Source: Clostridia bacterium (GTDB lineage Bacteria; Bacillota; Clostridia; Christensenellales; CAG-138). From it: a stretch of DNA of 64,000 nt. The stretch is from the NCBI GenBank assembly GCA_017545535.1, contig JAFWMS010000003.1, forward strand, positions 41,991-105,990. Reading direction: 5' to 3'. The position numbers were made by a program, and so were the translations under genes. Below are positions 30,855-38,943 of the stretch, in pieces. The notes under the pieces are model-generated. The model ran no database searches, was not told the origin of the DNA, and was given only the letters and a program-made list of their open reading frames with translations. Position 1 is the first letter of the stretch, and the number at the start of each line of letters is the position of its first letter.

Positions 30855-33251
30855 TTATTGGCGCAAAGGCGCACCATTTTCCCCGAGGACGCGGATGACG
30901 GTCTCGAAAGCCTTTTTGATCTCCTCGTCGGTCAGGGTGTGATCCTCCGCCCGGAAGTTGAAGGTGATGGCCAGGCTCTTCTTTCCAAGGCCTACCGCCG
31001 GTCCCCTGTACACGTCGAACAGCCGCCCTTTCTCCACGATCACGTCCACGGGCGCGGTCTCGATGAGCTCGATCCAGTGGGCGCTCTCGCTTTCCTCCGG
31101 CACCACGATCGCCAGATCCCGGCTCACCACCGGGAACTTGGGCAGGGGCTGGAACGTGGGCGTGTCCACGGACAGCTCCACCAACTTCTCGAAGGACAGC
31201 TCCGCCATATACACCGGTACGGAGATGTCCCAGGCGGCCAGCACGTTCGGGTGCACCTGGCCCAGCTCGCCCAGCTTCTCGCCCTTCACCAGCACGTCCG
31301 CCCGGCGGCCCGGCTGGAAGCAGTCCACGTCGTTCCGCTGATACCTGGCCCCCTTCACGCCAAAGCGGGCGAGAAGCGTCTCGACGACGCCCTTCAAGGT
31401 ATAGAAGCTTTCCCCTTCGCCGAAGAAGGCGAGGCCGATCTTCTTCTCCTCCCGGGGGAGCAGCTCTCCGCCCAAATCGAAGTGGACGTTGCCCACCTCC
31501 ATGAACCGGCCGTATCCGGTCTTGCGGCGGATATTCCTTGCGGCGGAGTCCAGCATCCCCATATAGAGGGTGGTCCGCATGAGGCTCTGGTCCTCGCCGA
31601 AGGGGTTGAGGAGCTTCACCGCGTCGTTCCGGACATCGCCCGCCGCAAAGGCAAGGGCCTTCAGGGCGTTCGGTCCCGTGAAGTTGTAGTTATACATCTC
31701 CAAACACCCGCAGGCCACCAGCACGTCTTTCACCTTGTCTTCCGCCTGGAAGGCCCGGGCCATGCCGCCCTGGAAGGTGTCCCCGTTCATGAGCACGGCG
31801 GGGATGTTGTCAAAGCCATAGATGCGGCCCACCTCCTCGGCGATGTCCGCATCCGCCTCGATACCGCTTTCGATGTCCGTGCGGAAGTGGGGGATCACTA
31901 CGTGCAGATCGTTGCCCTTGGCCGTGGCGGGGACCTCGATGGTGGAGAGGAGCTCCGCCATCTTTTCCCCGCTGAGATTCGTGTTCAGCATCCGATTCAC
32001 GTGGCTCACGTCCACGTCGATCTCCCGATTCTTCAGGTCGGCGGCGCACACGTCCACGGTGCCGCCTACGATTTTCCCGGCGTGGAGCTCGCTGACCAGC
32101 TCGATGCACCGCTCCAAAGCGAGATAGGCGTTGACGGGTTCCACGCCCTTGATGAACCGGGCCGCGGCGTCGGTCACATGGTGGAGCTTCCGGGCGGTGT
32201 GGCGGATGTTGCTGGCCTTGAAGGCCGCGGACTCAAAGAACACGGCCTTCGTGTTCTCGGTGATCTCGCTGTTGAGGCCGCCCATGACGCCGGCTACGCC
32301 CACGCCGCCCTGGGGGTCGGAGATAAGGAGCATGTCTTTGTCCATGATCCGCTCCTTTTTGTCGAGGGTGGTCACCTTTTCACCCTCTGCGGCGTTGCGG
32401 ACGATGATGTGCCCGTCTCGGATACACGCCAGGTCGAAGGCGTGGGTGGGATGGCCGTACTCCACCAAAACATAGTTGGTGATGTCCACGATGTTGCTGA
32501 TGGGCCGCATGCCCATCTCCTTGAGCCGCCGCTGCATCCAGGCGGGGGAGGGGCCGATCTTCAGATCCACGGCCGCCCGGCCCGTGTACCGGGGACACAG
32601 CTCCCCGTTCTCCACGGTGACCTTCACCAGGTCGTTCACGTCCCCTTCGCCCTCGATATGGGGGATGACGGGGGTCTTCATCTTCTGTCCCAGAGCGGCC
32701 GCCGCCTCCCGGACCAGGCCGATGATGCTGTTGCAGTCGGGCCGGTTGGGCAGCACGGAGAAGTCGAAGATCACGTCGTCCCGGTCGATGGCCTTTTCGA
32801 TGGGGATGCCCAGCGGCGTGTCTGCCCGCAGGATCAAAATGCCGTCCACCTCCGCGCCGAGGTACTCCACGTCACTGAGGTTGAACTCCCCGCCGGAGCA
32901 GAACATGCCCTGGCTCTCCACGCCCCGGATGTTGGCTACGGTGAAATCATGATTGCCGATCTTCGCCCCGGCGTAGGCCACGGGCACGATGGCGCCCACG
33001 AACACGTTCTTGGCGTTGGTCAGGATCTGGGCCGTCTTTCCGCCCAGGTCTACCTGACAGACGGTGAGCTTGTCGGCGTTGGGGTGCTTTTCCATGGAAA
33101 GGATCTTGCCGGTGATGACGCCGGACACGTCCTTGAGCTCCTTCTCCACGCCCTCCAGCTCGAAGCCGCGCCACATCATGCGCTCGATGAATTCCTCATC
33201 GGTCACGTTGAAATCCACATAGTCCTGCAGCCAGGATTTAGGAAGTCTCAT
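30855..33251 (-). CDS. pheT: Phenylalanine--tRNA ligase beta subunit
   Basis: 798 aa. MRLPKSWLQDYV N-terminus, with tRNA-binding, B3/4, B5 and FDX-ACB regions. Confidence 0.96.
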   Translation of the reverse strand: MRLPKSWLQDYVDFNVTDEEFIERMMWRGFELEGVEKELKDVSGVITGKILSMEKHPNADKLTVCQVDLGGKTAQILTNAKNVFVGAIVPVAYAGAKIGNHDFTVANIRGVESQGMFCSGGEFNLSDVEYLGAEVDGILILRADTPLGIPIEKAIDRDDVIFDFSVLPNRPDCNSIIGLVREAAAALGQKMKTPVIPHIEGEGDVNDLVKVTVENGELCPRYTGRAAVDLKIGPSPAWMQRRLKEMGMRPISNIVDITNYVLVEYGHPTHAFDLACIRDGHIIVRNAAEGEKVTTLDKKERIMDKDMLLISDPQGGVGVAGVMGGLNSEITENTKAVFFESAAFKASNIRHTARKLHHVTDAAARFIKGVEPVNAYLALERCIELVSELHAGKIVGGTVDVCAADLKNREIDVDVSHVNRMLNTNLSGEKMAELLSTIEVPATAKGNDLHVVIPHFRTDIESGIEADADIAEEVGRIYGFDNIPAVLMNGDTFQGGMARAFQAEDKVKDVLVACGCLEMYNYNFTGPNALKALAFAAGDVRNDAVKLLNPFGEDQSLMRTTLYMGMLDSAARNIRRKTGYGRFMEVGNVHFDLGGELLPREEKKIGLAFFGEGESFYTLKGVVETLLARFGVKGARYQRNDVDCFQPGRRADVLVKGEKLGELGQVHPNVLAAWDISVPVYMAELSFEKLVELSVDTPTFQPLPKFPVVSRDLAIVVPEESESAHWIELIETAPVDVIVEKGRLFDVYRGPAVGLGKKSLAITFNFRAEDHTLTDEEIKKAFETVIRVLGENGAPLRQ

Positions 33252-33269
33252 GCTTTCGTCCTCCTTTTC

Positions 33270-34292
33270 TTAGAACTGGGTCAGGAAGCGGGCATCGTTC
33301 TCGTATTCATAACGAATATCCGAGATGCCGTACTTCAGGCTGGTCACCCGATCCACCCCCACGCCGAAAGCGAAGGCGGACCACTCCTTGGGATCGAGGC
33401 CACAGTTCTCCAGCTCGTGGGGGTTGGTCATGCCGCAGCCCAAGATCTCGATCCAGCCCGTGCCCTTGCACACCCGGCAGCCCTTGCCGCCGCAGATGGT
33501 GCAGCTCATGTCCAGCTCCGCGGAGGGCTCCGTGAAGGGGAAGTAGGAGGGCCGAAGCCTCGTCTTCACGTTCTCGCCGAAGACCGCACGGATGAAGGCG
33601 TCCAGCGTGCCCTTCAGGTTGGCCAGATTCAAATTTCTGTCCACCACGAACCCCTCGATCTGCATGAACACGGGGCTGTGGGAGGCGTCCACTTCGTCCA
33701 CCCGGAACACGCGGCCGGGCATGAGGAAGCGGAAGGGGGGCTTGAAGTTCTGCAGGGCCCGGATCTCACAGGGAGAGGTGTGGGTCCGAAGGAGCACTTT
33801 GTCGTTGATATAGAAGGTGTCCTGCATGTCCCGGGCAGGGTGATCGAGGGGCAGGTTCAGAAGCGTAAAGTTGTTGTCGTCCAGCTCGATCTCCGGCCCG
33901 TCGAAAACTTGAAAGCCCATGCCGATGAGGGCGTCCCGGATGGTCCGATAGGTCTTTGTCATCGGGTGCAGATGCCCCATGGCCACAGGGCTCACCCCCG
34001 CTTCGGTCACGTCCAGCGCTTCCTTTTCAAAGCGCAGTTCCTGAGCCTTTCTTTTGAACTCCGCCCGCCGCTCTTCCATGGCGGATTCCAGCTCCTGCTT
34101 GAGCTTGTTCACGTTGGCGCCCAGCTGGGCCCGCTCCTCCTTGTCCAGCTTCCCCATGGTGCGGAGGATGGAGGTCAGCTCACCGGCCTTGCCGAAGAGC
34201 TGCTGCTGCAGGGCGTTGAGATCGCACTCCTCCTGCATGGCGGCCAGCCGCTTTCGAGCCTCCTCCCGGATCCGTTGCAGTTCGTTTTCCAT
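33270..34292 (-). CDS. pheS: Phenylalanine--tRNA ligase alpha subunit
   Basis: 340 aa with class II motifs (GRVFRVDEVDASHSPVFMQIEG, FPFTEPSAE). Confidence 0.96.
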   Translation of the reverse strand: MENELQRIREEARKRLAAMQEECDLNALQQQLFGKAGELTSILRTMGKLDKEERAQLGANVNKLKQELESAMEERRAEFKRKAQELRFEKEALDVTEAGVSPVAMGHLHPMTKTYRTIRDALIGMGFQVFDGPEIELDDNNFTLLNLPLDHPARDMQDTFYINDKVLLRTHTSPCEIRALQNFKPPFRFLMPGRVFRVDEVDASHSPVFMQIEGFVVDRNLNLANLKGTLDAFIRAVFGENVKTRLRPSYFPFTEPSAELDMSCTICGGKGCRVCKGTGWIEILGCGMTNPHELENCGLDPKEWSAFAFGVGVDRVTSLKYGISDIRYEYENDARFLTQF

Positions 34293-34578
34293 TCGCTTTC
34301 TCCTTTTGTTTCTTCAAAATAAACCGCGCCCCGCCCAAAGGGACGAAGCGCGTCGTGGTACCACCCCAAGTTCGCCGCCAAAGAGGCGGCCTCGTTGCAA
34401 GCTGTATCGGGCTTTCCCGTCGCGAACTACCGAAAGTTGCGGCATCTACCGCAATCTTATTTCCCCCGCGCCGCTCCCGGGCGAACCGCATCCCTTCCTC
34501 GGCGCTCCGCTTTCACCTTACCGGAGCTCTCTTTGGCCGCCTGGGGGACCTTTTCCCGTTCCTCGCGTTCTATAACTT
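34293..34578 (-). promoter_or_regulatory. T-box leader (Phe specifier UUC) with terminator/antiterminator
   Basis: Minus-sense AGAGAG box, distal-loop AGGTGAAAG, UUC at 34475-34473, and T-box AACTTGGGGTGGTACCACG (about 34351-34369). The terminator GCGCTTCGTCCC-TTT-GGGCGGGGCGC plus TTTATTTT ends about 22 nt before the pheS ATG. Confidence 0.88.
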
Positions 34579-34581
34579 CGC

Positions 34582-35445
34582 CTATTCTACCACCCGGGCT
34601 TCCTTTCCGTCAAGAGTAATTTGCACGGCGGGCGCCTCGTCCGTCCGCAGCACTCGACTTTTGGCGAGGGAGAGCCGCAGCAACGTCTCGGCGGTGGGGT
34701 GCCCGTACTCGTTCCCCCGGCCCACGCTGATGACGGACAGGGCGGGGGAGACCACCTGCAAAAACCGCAGGGACGAGGAGGCGGCGGATCCGTGGTGGCC
34801 AACCTTCAGCACGTCGGCCCGGAGCTCCGCCCGATGGTAGCGAAAGAGCAGATACTCCTCCGTCTGGAAGGTGCCGTCCGCCATGAACAGGGCCGCGTTC
34901 TCCCCATAGGTGAGGCGCAGCACGGCGGAGCTGTCGTTGAGGTCGTCGTAAGCCCGTTCCTTCAAGGGGCTCAGGACCGTGAGCCGGGCCTCCCCGTAGG
35001 GGATGGCATCCCCCTCCAAAAGGGGTGTGCAGCGAACGCCTCGCCGGTGCACCTTGCGGAGCAGGTCCCCATAGTCCTCCTCCGTGCCGCCGAAGTAGAC
35101 CTGGGGCACGCTGAACCGGCGGACCAGGGTCAGGAGATTGCCCGTGTGGTCCCCGTGGCCGTGGGTGACATAGACGGCGTCCAGCCTGTCCACCCCCAGG
35201 GCGTGAAGCTGGTCCACCAGCTTGTCCCTGGCCTCGAAGGGCCCCGTGTCGATCATGATCCGCTCCCCCGTGGGGAAGGTCACCAGGCAGGCGTCCCCCT
35301 GGCCCACGGACAAAAACAGCAGGTTCACCTTGTCCGGCTGGATTTCGCCTTGGAACAGCGTCGCCGGATCCGTGGCCTGCCGAGACTGGCGGCAGCCCAA
35401 AAGGATCAGAAGGCAGGCTATAAATAAGGAAAGGAGTCGCTTCAT
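34582..35445 (-). CDS. MBL-fold metallo-hydrolase lipoprotein (ComEC C-terminal-domain-like)
   Basis: Starts at MKRLLSLFIACLLILLGC (lipobox). HGHGDH metal motif. ATGA overlap with trmO. The 781-aa track ORF is a read-through artefact. Confidence 0.88.
   Translation of the reverse strand: MKRLLSLFIACLLILLGCRQSRQATDPATLFQGEIQPDKVNLLFLSVGQGDACLVTFPTGERIMIDTGPFEARDKLVDQLHALGVDRLDAVYVTHGHGDHTGNLLTLVRRFSVPQVYFGGTEEDYGDLLRKVHRRGVRCTPLLEGDAIPYGEARLTVLSPLKERAYDDLNDSSAVLRLTYGENAALFMADGTFQTEEYLLFRYHRAELRADVLKVGHHGSAASSSLRFLQVVSPALSVISVGRGNEYGHPTAETLLRLSLAKSRVLRTDEAPAVQITLDGKEARVVE
34584..34613 (-). promoter_or_regulatory. Promoter of the pheST T-box leader
   Basis: Minus-sense TTGACG (34613-34608), 18-nt spacer ending TGG, TAGAAT (34589-34584). 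It lies inside the 3' end of the upstream MBL gene. Confidence 0.65.
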
Positions 35446-36131
35446 GGTTCCACCACGTCGAAGACCTTCACCACCCCGTCCTCCACATAGAAGCGCACGT
35501 CCTTCCCGGCGTAGGGGAAGCCGTAGGGGTCGCTCCGGCCCGTGAGATATCCGGGACGGGGGTCCAGGGATAGGGCGGCCAAAAGGGCGGGCTGCTTCTC
35601 CTCCGGGATGCGGGCGAGGAGCTCCGGCGGGAACTCCACCGGCAGCCGCTTCTCCGCATGGTCCGCCGCGAATCCGTTTTTTGCTTCCGGGTGGCTGTCG
35701 GTGAAAGACAGATAGGGCTTGATGTCGTAGATGGGAGAGCCATCCATCAGGTCCGCCCCGGCTACGACCAGCACCGTGCCCAGGCCGGGCCGCTTCTCCA
35801 TCCGTATCAGCCCCACGGAGGATAGACCCAGGGGATTGGGCCGGAAGGGGGAACGGGTGGCGAAGACCCCCATGCGGGTGTTGCCCCCCAGCTTGGGCGG
35901 CTTCACCGTGGGGGACCAGCCCTCCTGGCGGACCTCTGAAAAGCCCCAGATGAGCCACAGGTGGCTGTAGCCCTCCAGGCCGCGAAGGGCGTTCTCGTCC
36001 CGGTATGCCGGCTCGAACACGATCACGGCCTCCAGCGACCGTACCAGGTTGGATTGCCGGGGGATGCCGAACTTGCTCGTAAAGTCGCTGTGTATGCGGG
36101 CGACGATGTGTAATTGCAGCTGTTCGTCCAT
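35442..36131 (-). CDS. trmO: tRNA (t6A37-N6)-methyltransferase TrmO (TsaA/YaeB family)
   Basis: Starts at MDEQLQLHIVARIHSDF. Motifs GIPRQ, YSHLWLIWGF and RSPFRPNPLGLS. Confidence 0.85.
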   Translation of the reverse strand: MDEQLQLHIVARIHSDFTSKFGIPRQSNLVRSLEAVIVFEPAYRDENALRGLEGYSHLWLIWGFSEVRQEGWSPTVKPPKLGGNTRMGVFATRSPFRPNPLGLSSVGLIRMEKRPGLGTVLVVAGADLMDGSPIYDIKPYLSFTDSHPEAKNGFAADHAEKRLPVEFPPELLARIPEEKQPALLAALSLDPRPGYLTGRSDPYGFPYAGKDVRFYVEDGVVKVFDVVEP

Positions 36132-36138
36132 ATAAAAC

Positions 36139-36189
36139 AGTATACGCCAGGAAAGCATCCTTGACAAGGTGGTTGCATGGTGATATCAT
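36139..36189. promoter_or_regulatory. Back-to-back divergent promoters sharing overlapping -35 hexamers
   Basis: Plus strand: TTGACA (36161-66), 17-nt spacer, TATCAT (36184-89). Minus strand: TTGTCA (36167-62), 17-nt spacer, TATACT (36144-39). The minus -10 lies 7 nt from the trmO ATG. Confidence 0.65.
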
Positions 36190-36219
36190 AACGATATCAA
36201 AATAAAAAGGAGAACGACC

Positions 36220-37227
36220 ATGAAAGAAATCGTACTGAACTCCCGGAAGAACGGCATGGGGATGCTGCTGTTGCTTATCCTGCTGCATGTGCTGGCCCTG
36301 CTGGGCCTTTTCGTGGGCATCGCCAAGGGCGTGGTGATCTTGATCGTCCTGAGCGTGATGATCTTGGCCTTCGGGTGGATTCTGTTCTGTGGCCTCAAGG
36401 TATTGAAGCCCCAGGAGGCCCTGGTGCTGACCCTCTTCGGCAAGTATGTGGGCACGCTGAAGGAGCCCGGGTTCTATTATGTGAACCCCTTCTGTACCGC
36501 GGTGAACCCGGCCGCCCAGACCAAGCTCAACCAGAGCGGCGACGTGGACGCCAAGTCCCATGCCCCCGTCGTCATCGGCCAGGGCGGTGCCGTCACCGGC
36601 ATGGAGATGCCCACCAAGAAGATCTCTTTGAAGATCATGACCCTGAACAACAACCGGCAGAAGATTAACGACTGCCTGGGCAATCCGGTGGAGATCGGCA
36701 TCGCCGTCATGTGGCGTGTGGTGGACACCGCCAAGGCCGTGTTCAACGTGGACAACTATAAGGAGTACCTGTCCCTTCAGTGCGACAGCGCCCTTCGGAA
36801 CATCGTCCGCATCTATCCCTACGACGTGGCGCCCAATGTGGACACCACCGGCGACGGGGTGGCGGACGAAGGGTCCCTTCGGGGTTCCAGCGAGGTGGTG
36901 GCCGAGCGCATCCGGCAGGAGATCCAAGAGAAGGTAAGGGAGGCAGGTCTCGAGATCATCGAGGCCCGCATCACCTACCTGGCCTATGCTCCCGAGATCG
37001 CCGCGGTCATGCTTCAGCGGCAGCAGGCCTCCGCTATCATCGACGCCAGGAAGATGATCGTGGACGGGGCCGTGGGCATGGTGGAGATGGCTCTCGACCG
37101 GCTCAGCGAAAACAAGGTGGTGGAGCTGGACGACGAGCGCAAGGCGGCCATGGTGTCGAACCTGCTGGTGGTCCTCTGCGGGAATCGGGACGCCCAGCCT
37201 GTGGTGAACTCCGGCAGCATCTACTGA
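36220..37227 (+). CDS. SPFH/Band-7 domain membrane protein
   Basis: 335 aa. Two N-terminal TM segments are followed by an SPFH core ([26 protein letters not shown]...[17 protein letters not shown]). Confidence 0.88.
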   Translation: MKEIVLNSRKNGMGMLLLLILLHVLALLGLFVGIAKGVVILIVLSVMILAFGWILFCGLKVLKPQEALVLTLFGKYVGTLKEPGFYYVNPFCTAVNPAAQTKLNQSGDVDAKSHAPVVIGQGGAVTGMEMPTKKISLKIMTLNNNRQKINDCLGNPVEIGIAVMWRVVDTAKAVFNVDNYKEYLSLQCDSALRNIVRIYPYDVAPNVDTTGDGVADEGSLRGSSEVVAERIRQEIQEKVREAGLEIIEARITYLAYAPEIAAVMLQRQQASAIIDARKMIVDGAVGMVEMALDRLSENKVVELDDERKAAMVSNLLVVLCGNRDAQPVVNSGSIY

Positions 37228-37228
37228 T

Positions 37229-37450
37229 ATGGCGGAGGGTGGAAAAAAACAGGTGCCTCTGCGCCTGTCGTCCAGCCTCTATGAGGCCATCGCCGCTTGG
37301 GCGGAGGAGGACTTCCGTTCCGTGAACGGACAGATCGAGTATCTGCTCACGGCCTGCGTCCGCCAGCATAAGAAGAACGGCGGGGTAGTGCCGGAGGGGA
37401 TCTCCTCATCTGTCGTCCTGAGCGAGCATAGCGAGTCGAAGGATCTTTGA
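37229..37450 (+). CDS. Arc/RHH-type small DNA-binding protein
   Basis: 73 aa. KKQVPLRLSSSLYEAIAAWAEEDFRSVNGQIEYLL fits a ribbon-helix-helix. It is tightly coupled to the SPFH gene. Confidence 0.7.
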   Translation: MAEGGKKQVPLRLSSSLYEAIAAWAEEDFRSVNGQIEYLLTACVRQHKKNGGVVPEGISSSVVLSEHSESKDL

Positions 37451-37457
37451 ACGCAAA

Positions 37458-38007
37458 AGCTCTGCTGGTGATGGGAGTCTGCGCGCAATCTTCGGGGAAC
37501 TTGCCCTATGGGCGGCGTTCCCGCTCGCTTGCGCTCCCCAGGGGCGGACAAAAGCCCCACCGGGGCTTTTGCATCCCGCCCTCCGACTCCCTTCCGTAAA
37601 ACTTAAAAAGAAAACCACCCTCCACGGGTGGTTTTCTTTTTGGAGCTGGTGATGGGAGTCTGCGCGCAAGCTGCGGGCTGCTGGCCTATTCGGCTGGCGC
37701 AGCCTCTGGCTTGCGCTCCCCAGGGGCGGGAAAAAGCCCCACCGGGGCTTTTTCTGTCCGCCCTCCGACTCCCTTCCACAAAAACGTAAAAAGGAAACCA
37801 CCCTCCACGGGTGGTTTTCTTTTTGGAGCTGGTGATGGGAGTCTACGCGCAAGCTGCGGGCTGCTGGCCTATTCGGCTGGCGCAGCCTCTGGCTTGCGCT
37901 CCCCATGCTGCGGAAAACTGTCCACCGGACAGTTTTCTACCGCGGCTCCGACTCCCTTCCACTGAAAATCCATAAAAATAGCCACCCACAAGGGGTGGCT
38001 GTTTTTA
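37458..38007 (-). repeat. Tandem array of three ~183-bp structured modules, each ending in the tRNA-Thr 3' 20-mer
   Basis: TGGAGCTGGTGATGGGAGTC starts at 37641, 37824 and 38008 (the last is the tRNA itself). A 16-nt version lies at 37464-37479. The periods are 180, 183 and 184 bp, and the hairpin architecture is conserved. Confidence 0.9.
37972..38000 (-). terminator. tRNA-Thr terminator (bidirectional hairpin)
   Basis: Minus-sense AGCCACCC-CTTGT-GGGTGGCT followed by ATTTTTAT. Confidence 0.75.
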
Positions 38008-38084
38008 TGGAGCTGGTGATGGGAGTCGGACCCATGAACCTCGTCATTACCAATGACGCGCTCTACCAACTGAGCTACACCAGC
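38008..38084 (-). tRNA. tRNA-Thr (anticodon GGT), atypical T-loop
   Basis: Hand-folded as GCTGGTG/CACCAGC acceptor, GCTC/GAGC D stem, CGTCA-TTGGTAA-TGACG anticodon arm and ATGGG-TCCGACT-CCCAT T arm, with encoded CCA. It is 77 nt long, with C at position 55 and a 6-nt variable region. Confidence 0.75.
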
Positions 38085-38096
38085 GCTGCACCGCGC

Positions 38097-38125
38097 ATTA
38101 TAGCAAAGACGGTACAAGAATGCAA
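38097..38125 (-). promoter_or_regulatory. Promoter of tRNA-Thr
   Basis: Minus-sense TTGCAT (38125-38120), 17-nt spacer, TATAAT (38102-38097), about 12 nt upstream of the tRNA 5' end. Confidence 0.8.
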
Positions 38126-38169
38126 GCCTTTTTTTCAAATCTTAGAAAAAAAACTAAGGGAGCCGCTTT

Positions 38170-38943
38170 TTAGGCGTTCGGCTTGTTTTTGCTGTACAGG
38201 ATCCGAAGGCCGTCGATGAGGATATCCGGCTCCAGATGGAAGGCATGCCGGCAGTAGGGGACGATGAGGGGGCTGACGCCGCCGGTGAGCACGGGGCTGA
38301 CGCTTTCGCCCAGCTCCTCCTCCAGCCGGTCGATGAGGCCGTCCAGCATGGCCGCCGTGCCGATAAGGGCGCCGGAGCGCATGCAGTCGACGGTGTTGGT
38401 GCCCAAAAGCTTCGCCGGACCGTTCAGGTCGATGTACGGGAGCTGGGCCGCATGGGCGGAAAGGGCGTTCATGCTGGTCCACAGGCCCGGGATGATCATG
38501 CCGCCGATGTAGTTTCCGTTCTTCGCCACCACGGACAATGTGGTGGCGGTGCCCATGTCCACGATGGCGATGGGGGCCTTATACTTCGCCCGGGCCGCCA
38601 CCGCCGCTACGATGAGGTCGCTGCCCACGCTGGCGGGGTTGTCCATGCGGATGGAGAGGCCCGTCTTGATGCCTGGGCCAACCACCAGCAGATCGACGCC
38701 CGTGAGCAGCTTCACGGCGTTGGGGATCACCGTCTGCAGGTAGGGGACCACGGAGGAGAGGATGCCGCCCTCGATGGCCTCGATCCGCACCTTGTGCATG
38801 GTGAGGATGCCCTGGATATCCAGGGCGTACTGATCCGCCGTCTTGTTCCGATCGCTGGAAAGCCGTGCGGAAAAGACCTGCTGGTCGTCTACGATGCCGC
38901 CCAGGACGATATTGGTGTTGCCTACGTCGATGGCCAGGATCAT
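38170..38943 (-). CDS. coaX: Type III pantothenate kinase
   Basis: 257 aa with MILAIDVGNTNIVLGG and ASKHA-fold motifs (IAIVDMGTATT). Confidence 0.93.
   Translation of the reverse strand: MILAIDVGNTNIVLGGIVDDQQVFSARLSSDRNKTADQYALDIQGILTMHKVRIEAIEGGILSSVVPYLQTVIPNAVKLLTGVDLLVVGPGIKTGLSIRMDNPASVGSDLIVAAVAARAKYKAPIAIVDMGTATTLSVVAKNGNYIGGMIIPGLWTSMNALSAHAAQLPYIDLNGPAKLLGTNTVDCMRSGALIGTAAMLDGLIDRLEEELGESVSPVLTGGVSPLIVPYCRHAFHLEPDILIDGLRILYSKNKPNA

Noticed and set aside
34582-36927. 781-aa minus-strand ORF.
   Set aside because: Only the C-terminal 287 aa (from MKRLLSLF, with a lipobox and ATGA coupling to trmO) is a real gene. The upstream part runs out of frame over trmO and antisense to the SPFH gene.
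37406-37965. ORFs 37406..37906 (-, 166 aa, internally repeated GSASQRLRQPNRPAARSLR...) and 37711..37965 (+) across the module array.
   Set aside because: Their repeated peptide is simply the translation of the 183-bp DNA repeat. They have no RBS and they span terminator hairpins. The region is better explained as non-coding.
37458-38007. Possible CRISPR array, because of regularly spaced repeats.
   Set aside because: The repeat unit is about 183 bp, with a 20-nt motif identical to a tRNA end. The intervening segments are themselves homologous between units rather than unique spacers. No cas genes or leader are present.
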